Virus record (IMG/VR): IMGVR_UViG_3300044878_000127
Span: 1-61,683 of that record
Strand: one strand, 5' to 3'
DNA from: a virus
Lineage: Duplodnaviria; Caudoviricetes
DNA: 61,683 bases
The translations under genes and the position numbers were made by a program. The notes below the pieces were generated by a model. It searched no databases and was not told the DNA's origin. It was given only the letters and a program-made list of their open reading frames with translations. Positions 59,562 to 61,683 of the stretch are shown in pieces (positions within the stretch are counted from its first letter, which is position 1; each line of letters begins with the position of its first letter).

Positions 59562-60172
59562 TCGACCTCGACGTGTTTATGCCGCACATCCTGCCGTACG
59601 CGCCGGGCTGCCCGGAACCTACGGCGTTCAGCAATATCATCAAGGCCGCGCAGACGTTCAGCGAACGCACGCGGCTGTGGCGTGACCGTGATCAGTTCAG
59701 CGTCACGCCGACCAGTTGCAACGTGGTGTGCGCACCGAGTGGCGCCGAGCTGTTCGAAATCGAGAGCGCGCGCTTCAATGGTTGCCGTTTAGAACCAATC
59801 TCACTGTCTGATCTGGACGCCAAACACCCGACGTGGCGGCAAATGTCAGCAGGGGAGGCGCGCTGGATCACGCAAGTCGAGCCAGGCAGCGTGCTCTTGG
59901 TGCCGACCTGCACCGGGACGCTGGACCTGTCCACGATCCTGCGCCCGACCAATGACGCCGAGCAGCTGCCGGACCTGTTCAGTCAGTACACGCAAGTGAT
60001 CGCCAACGGCGCGCTGGCCGAAATCCTGATGTTACCGGCGCAGAGCTTCAGCGACCCGCAAAGCGCTCAATTTTATGCAATGCGGTTTGATAATCGAATC
60101 AGCGAGCTGTCTAATCGAACCATCCAAGGCCAGCAACGGGCGCCCGTCCGTTCGCGCGCCAAATTCTTCTAA
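59558..60172 (+). CDS. Adaptor/tail virion protein
   Basis: PYAPGCPEP...FSERTRLWR; coupled ORF. Confidence 0.75.
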   Translation: MIDLDVFMPHILPYAPGCPEPTAFSNIIKAAQTFSERTRLWRDRDQFSVTPTSCNVVCAPSGAELFEIESARFNGCRLEPISLSDLDAKHPTWRQMSAGEARWITQVEPGSVLLVPTCTGTLDLSTILRPTNDAEQLPDLFSQYTQVIANGALAEILMLPAQSFSDPQSAQFYAMRFDNRISELSNRTIQGQQRAPVRSRAKFF

Positions 60173-60184
60173 AGGAGTACGCCC

Positions 60185-60604
60185 ATGTCCGCAGCATCGG
60201 ATTACCTGGAAAACGCCCTTGCTAACGCCGTCTTGCGTGGCGTGGCGTTCACCTCCCCGACTAAAACCTACATCTCGCTGCACACGGCCGCCCCCGGCGA
60301 TACCGGCGCTAACGAGGTGTCGCTGGCTGCGTTTCCGGCCTACCTGCGCAAGGATGCCGCCTTGGGTGGCGCGCAGTCGGCCGCCTGGACTGCCGCGTCT
60401 GGCGGTGTGTCAAAGAACGCCTTGCAACTGATCTATGCCGTGTACGACGGCGCCGCACCGCTGACCATCACCCACTTCGGTGTATGGGATGCGCTGACCA
60501 CGGGCAACAACCTGTTGAACGGTGCGCTGGCCGCGAGCCGCACGCTGAACCCCGGCGACGTGTTCGTGATCGACGTGCAGAAGCTGACGGTAACGGTGCT
60601 CTAA
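60185..60604 (+). CDS. Tail-associated virion protein
   Basis: SDYLENAL...YISLHTAAPGDTG...ITHFGVWDALTTGN. Confidence 0.75.
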   Translation: MSAASDYLENALANAVLRGVAFTSPTKTYISLHTAAPGDTGANEVSLAAFPAYLRKDAALGGAQSAAWTAASGGVSKNALQLIYAVYDGAAPLTITHFGVWDALTTGNNLLNGALAASRTLNPGDVFVIDVQKLTVTVL

Positions 60605-60605
60605 C

Positions 60606-61445
60606 GTGAACGTCTTTGCCATCAATGCGGCAGCCGTCAACGATTCCAATGAAATTTGGAGTTGGTACGGCGACGCGGGCATGGCATTGCAGGCTGATGG
60701 CGAGTTGATCGCCGGCATTACTGGCGTCGGCGACGCTAACGTTGTAGTGCAATCCGACCTGATGCCGTCCGTGCGTTTGCTCGTCGAAGGCTCCGCTGAT
60801 GTGGCGCTGACGATGGCTGGCGAGGCGCTGTATGGTCGCTCCGGGTCAGGTGATATGCAGCTGGCGGTGAACGCTGGCGGTGAGGGTGTGCGATGGACCT
60901 TCGGCGAAAGTGACCTACCGGTTGTGTTCCAGGCCGACGGTGACGCACAGGTCGTTTCTCAGGTGTCGGCCAGCTTCAACATCCAGTTCGAAGCCGAGAT
61001 GGACGGTCGAGCAGCCACGGTACACCAGGGCATTGCCGATTTGTCGGTGGTGTTCGACACGCAACTGGATTACCGCGTTGCCCGCCCGATTTACCTCGAA
61101 GGCGACGCCGCCATGGTGTTTGGCATCGAGGCGATGCCGTTCATGTGGATCAATTCCGCCAGCGGTGCGGCCGACATTGCTTGGCAAGCAGCCGGCGACG
61201 CGCGTTTTGGTGGCGTGCTGTATGGCGAAGGCTCGGCGGAACTGGAGTGGATCGCGACCGGCGACGCCTTGCAGTGGCATTACCACTATGCCGAAGGTGC
61301 CGTCGACATCCAGATCACTGCCGTGGCCGAGCGCCACGGTAAGCCGGCCTTGCCGAGCGAGTTTACTGCCGCGCCATTGATCCGCGCGATGCACCTGGGC
61401 GTCGAGCGTCGCGCCTTTATCGTACCTGCCGAAAGGAGAGCTTGA
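60606..61445 (+). CDS. Beta-rich tail-associated protein
   Basis: 279 aa, repeated G-x-A-D/A-x-G strands. Confidence 0.7.
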   Translation: MNVFAINAAAVNDSNEIWSWYGDAGMALQADGELIAGITGVGDANVVVQSDLMPSVRLLVEGSADVALTMAGEALYGRSGSGDMQLAVNAGGEGVRWTFGESDLPVVFQADGDAQVVSQVSASFNIQFEAEMDGRAATVHQGIADLSVVFDTQLDYRVARPIYLEGDAAMVFGIEAMPFMWINSASGAADIAWQAAGDARFGGVLYGEGSAELEWIATGDALQWHYHYAEGAVDIQITAVAERHGKPALPSEFTAAPLIRAMHLGVERRAFIVPAERRA

Positions 61446-61683
61446 ATGCTTGGAACCATGCGCAAGCGCCCCGACGACACACTGGATTATGACGTCAGCT
61501 TTGAAAAGTGGCTGCCGGCCGGCGACAGCCTGACGGATGCCACTGCAACGGCCGATTCCCCGGCCCTGATCGTGGACAGCGTCCAACTGTCGGGCGCCGT
61601 GGCCAAGGTCTGGCTGTCGGGCGGCCTCGCCGGAGACTCCGACACTGTCACTGTGACGGCGACCACCGCGCAAGGTCGCATCA
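61446..61683 (+). CDS. 5' part of the junction-spanning adaptor-like protein
   Basis: AAGGAG RBS; MLGTMRKRPDDTLDYDVSFEKWL... Confidence 0.8.
   Translation, partial: MLGTMRKRPDDTLDYDVSFEKWLPAGDSLTDATATADSPALIVDSVQLSGAVAKVWLSGGLAGDSDTVTVTATTAQGRI
61557..61683. repeat. Terminal direct repeat, copy 2
   Basis: Identical to 1-127. Confidence 0.95.

Noticed and set aside
61557-61683. 127-bp terminal repeat as a biological DTR or att site
   Set aside because: It falls mid-gene and has a typical assembler k-mer length, so it is best explained as circular overlap.

Overview
The window is a complete, circularly permuted dsDNA podophage genome of 61,556 bp. Positions 1-127 repeat exactly at 61557-61683, and one gene reads across the join. 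Gene order resembles F116/Bcep22-type phages, and the host is probably a Pseudomonas-like proteobacterium (inferred from codon bias and gene content). Modules: tail and ejection genes with a GNAT and a methyltransferase/PAPS-reductase fusion; a 3602-aa DarB-like polyvalent protein; a lysis cassette; a leftward early operon (YqaJ, RecT, clamp-like); a repressor/AlpA switch; SSB, RdgC, Ref, RuvC-like, O-like initiator with iterons and DnaC; many small accessory genes; a tRNA/ncRNA island; terminases, Tad2-like gene, portal, scaffold, CsrA-like gene and N4-gp56-type capsid. I found no integrase. Most striking: (1) two apparently real genes, an HNH-type endonuclease and a 129-aa unknown, are overprinted in the +1 frame inside the giant protein's linkers without breaking its frame; (2) a tRNA-shaped RNA with a 65-nt structured insert in place of the anticodon loop sits on a long stem, at the head of a ~550-nt highly structured non-coding tract. 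All family assignments come from motif recognition by eye, not database searches.
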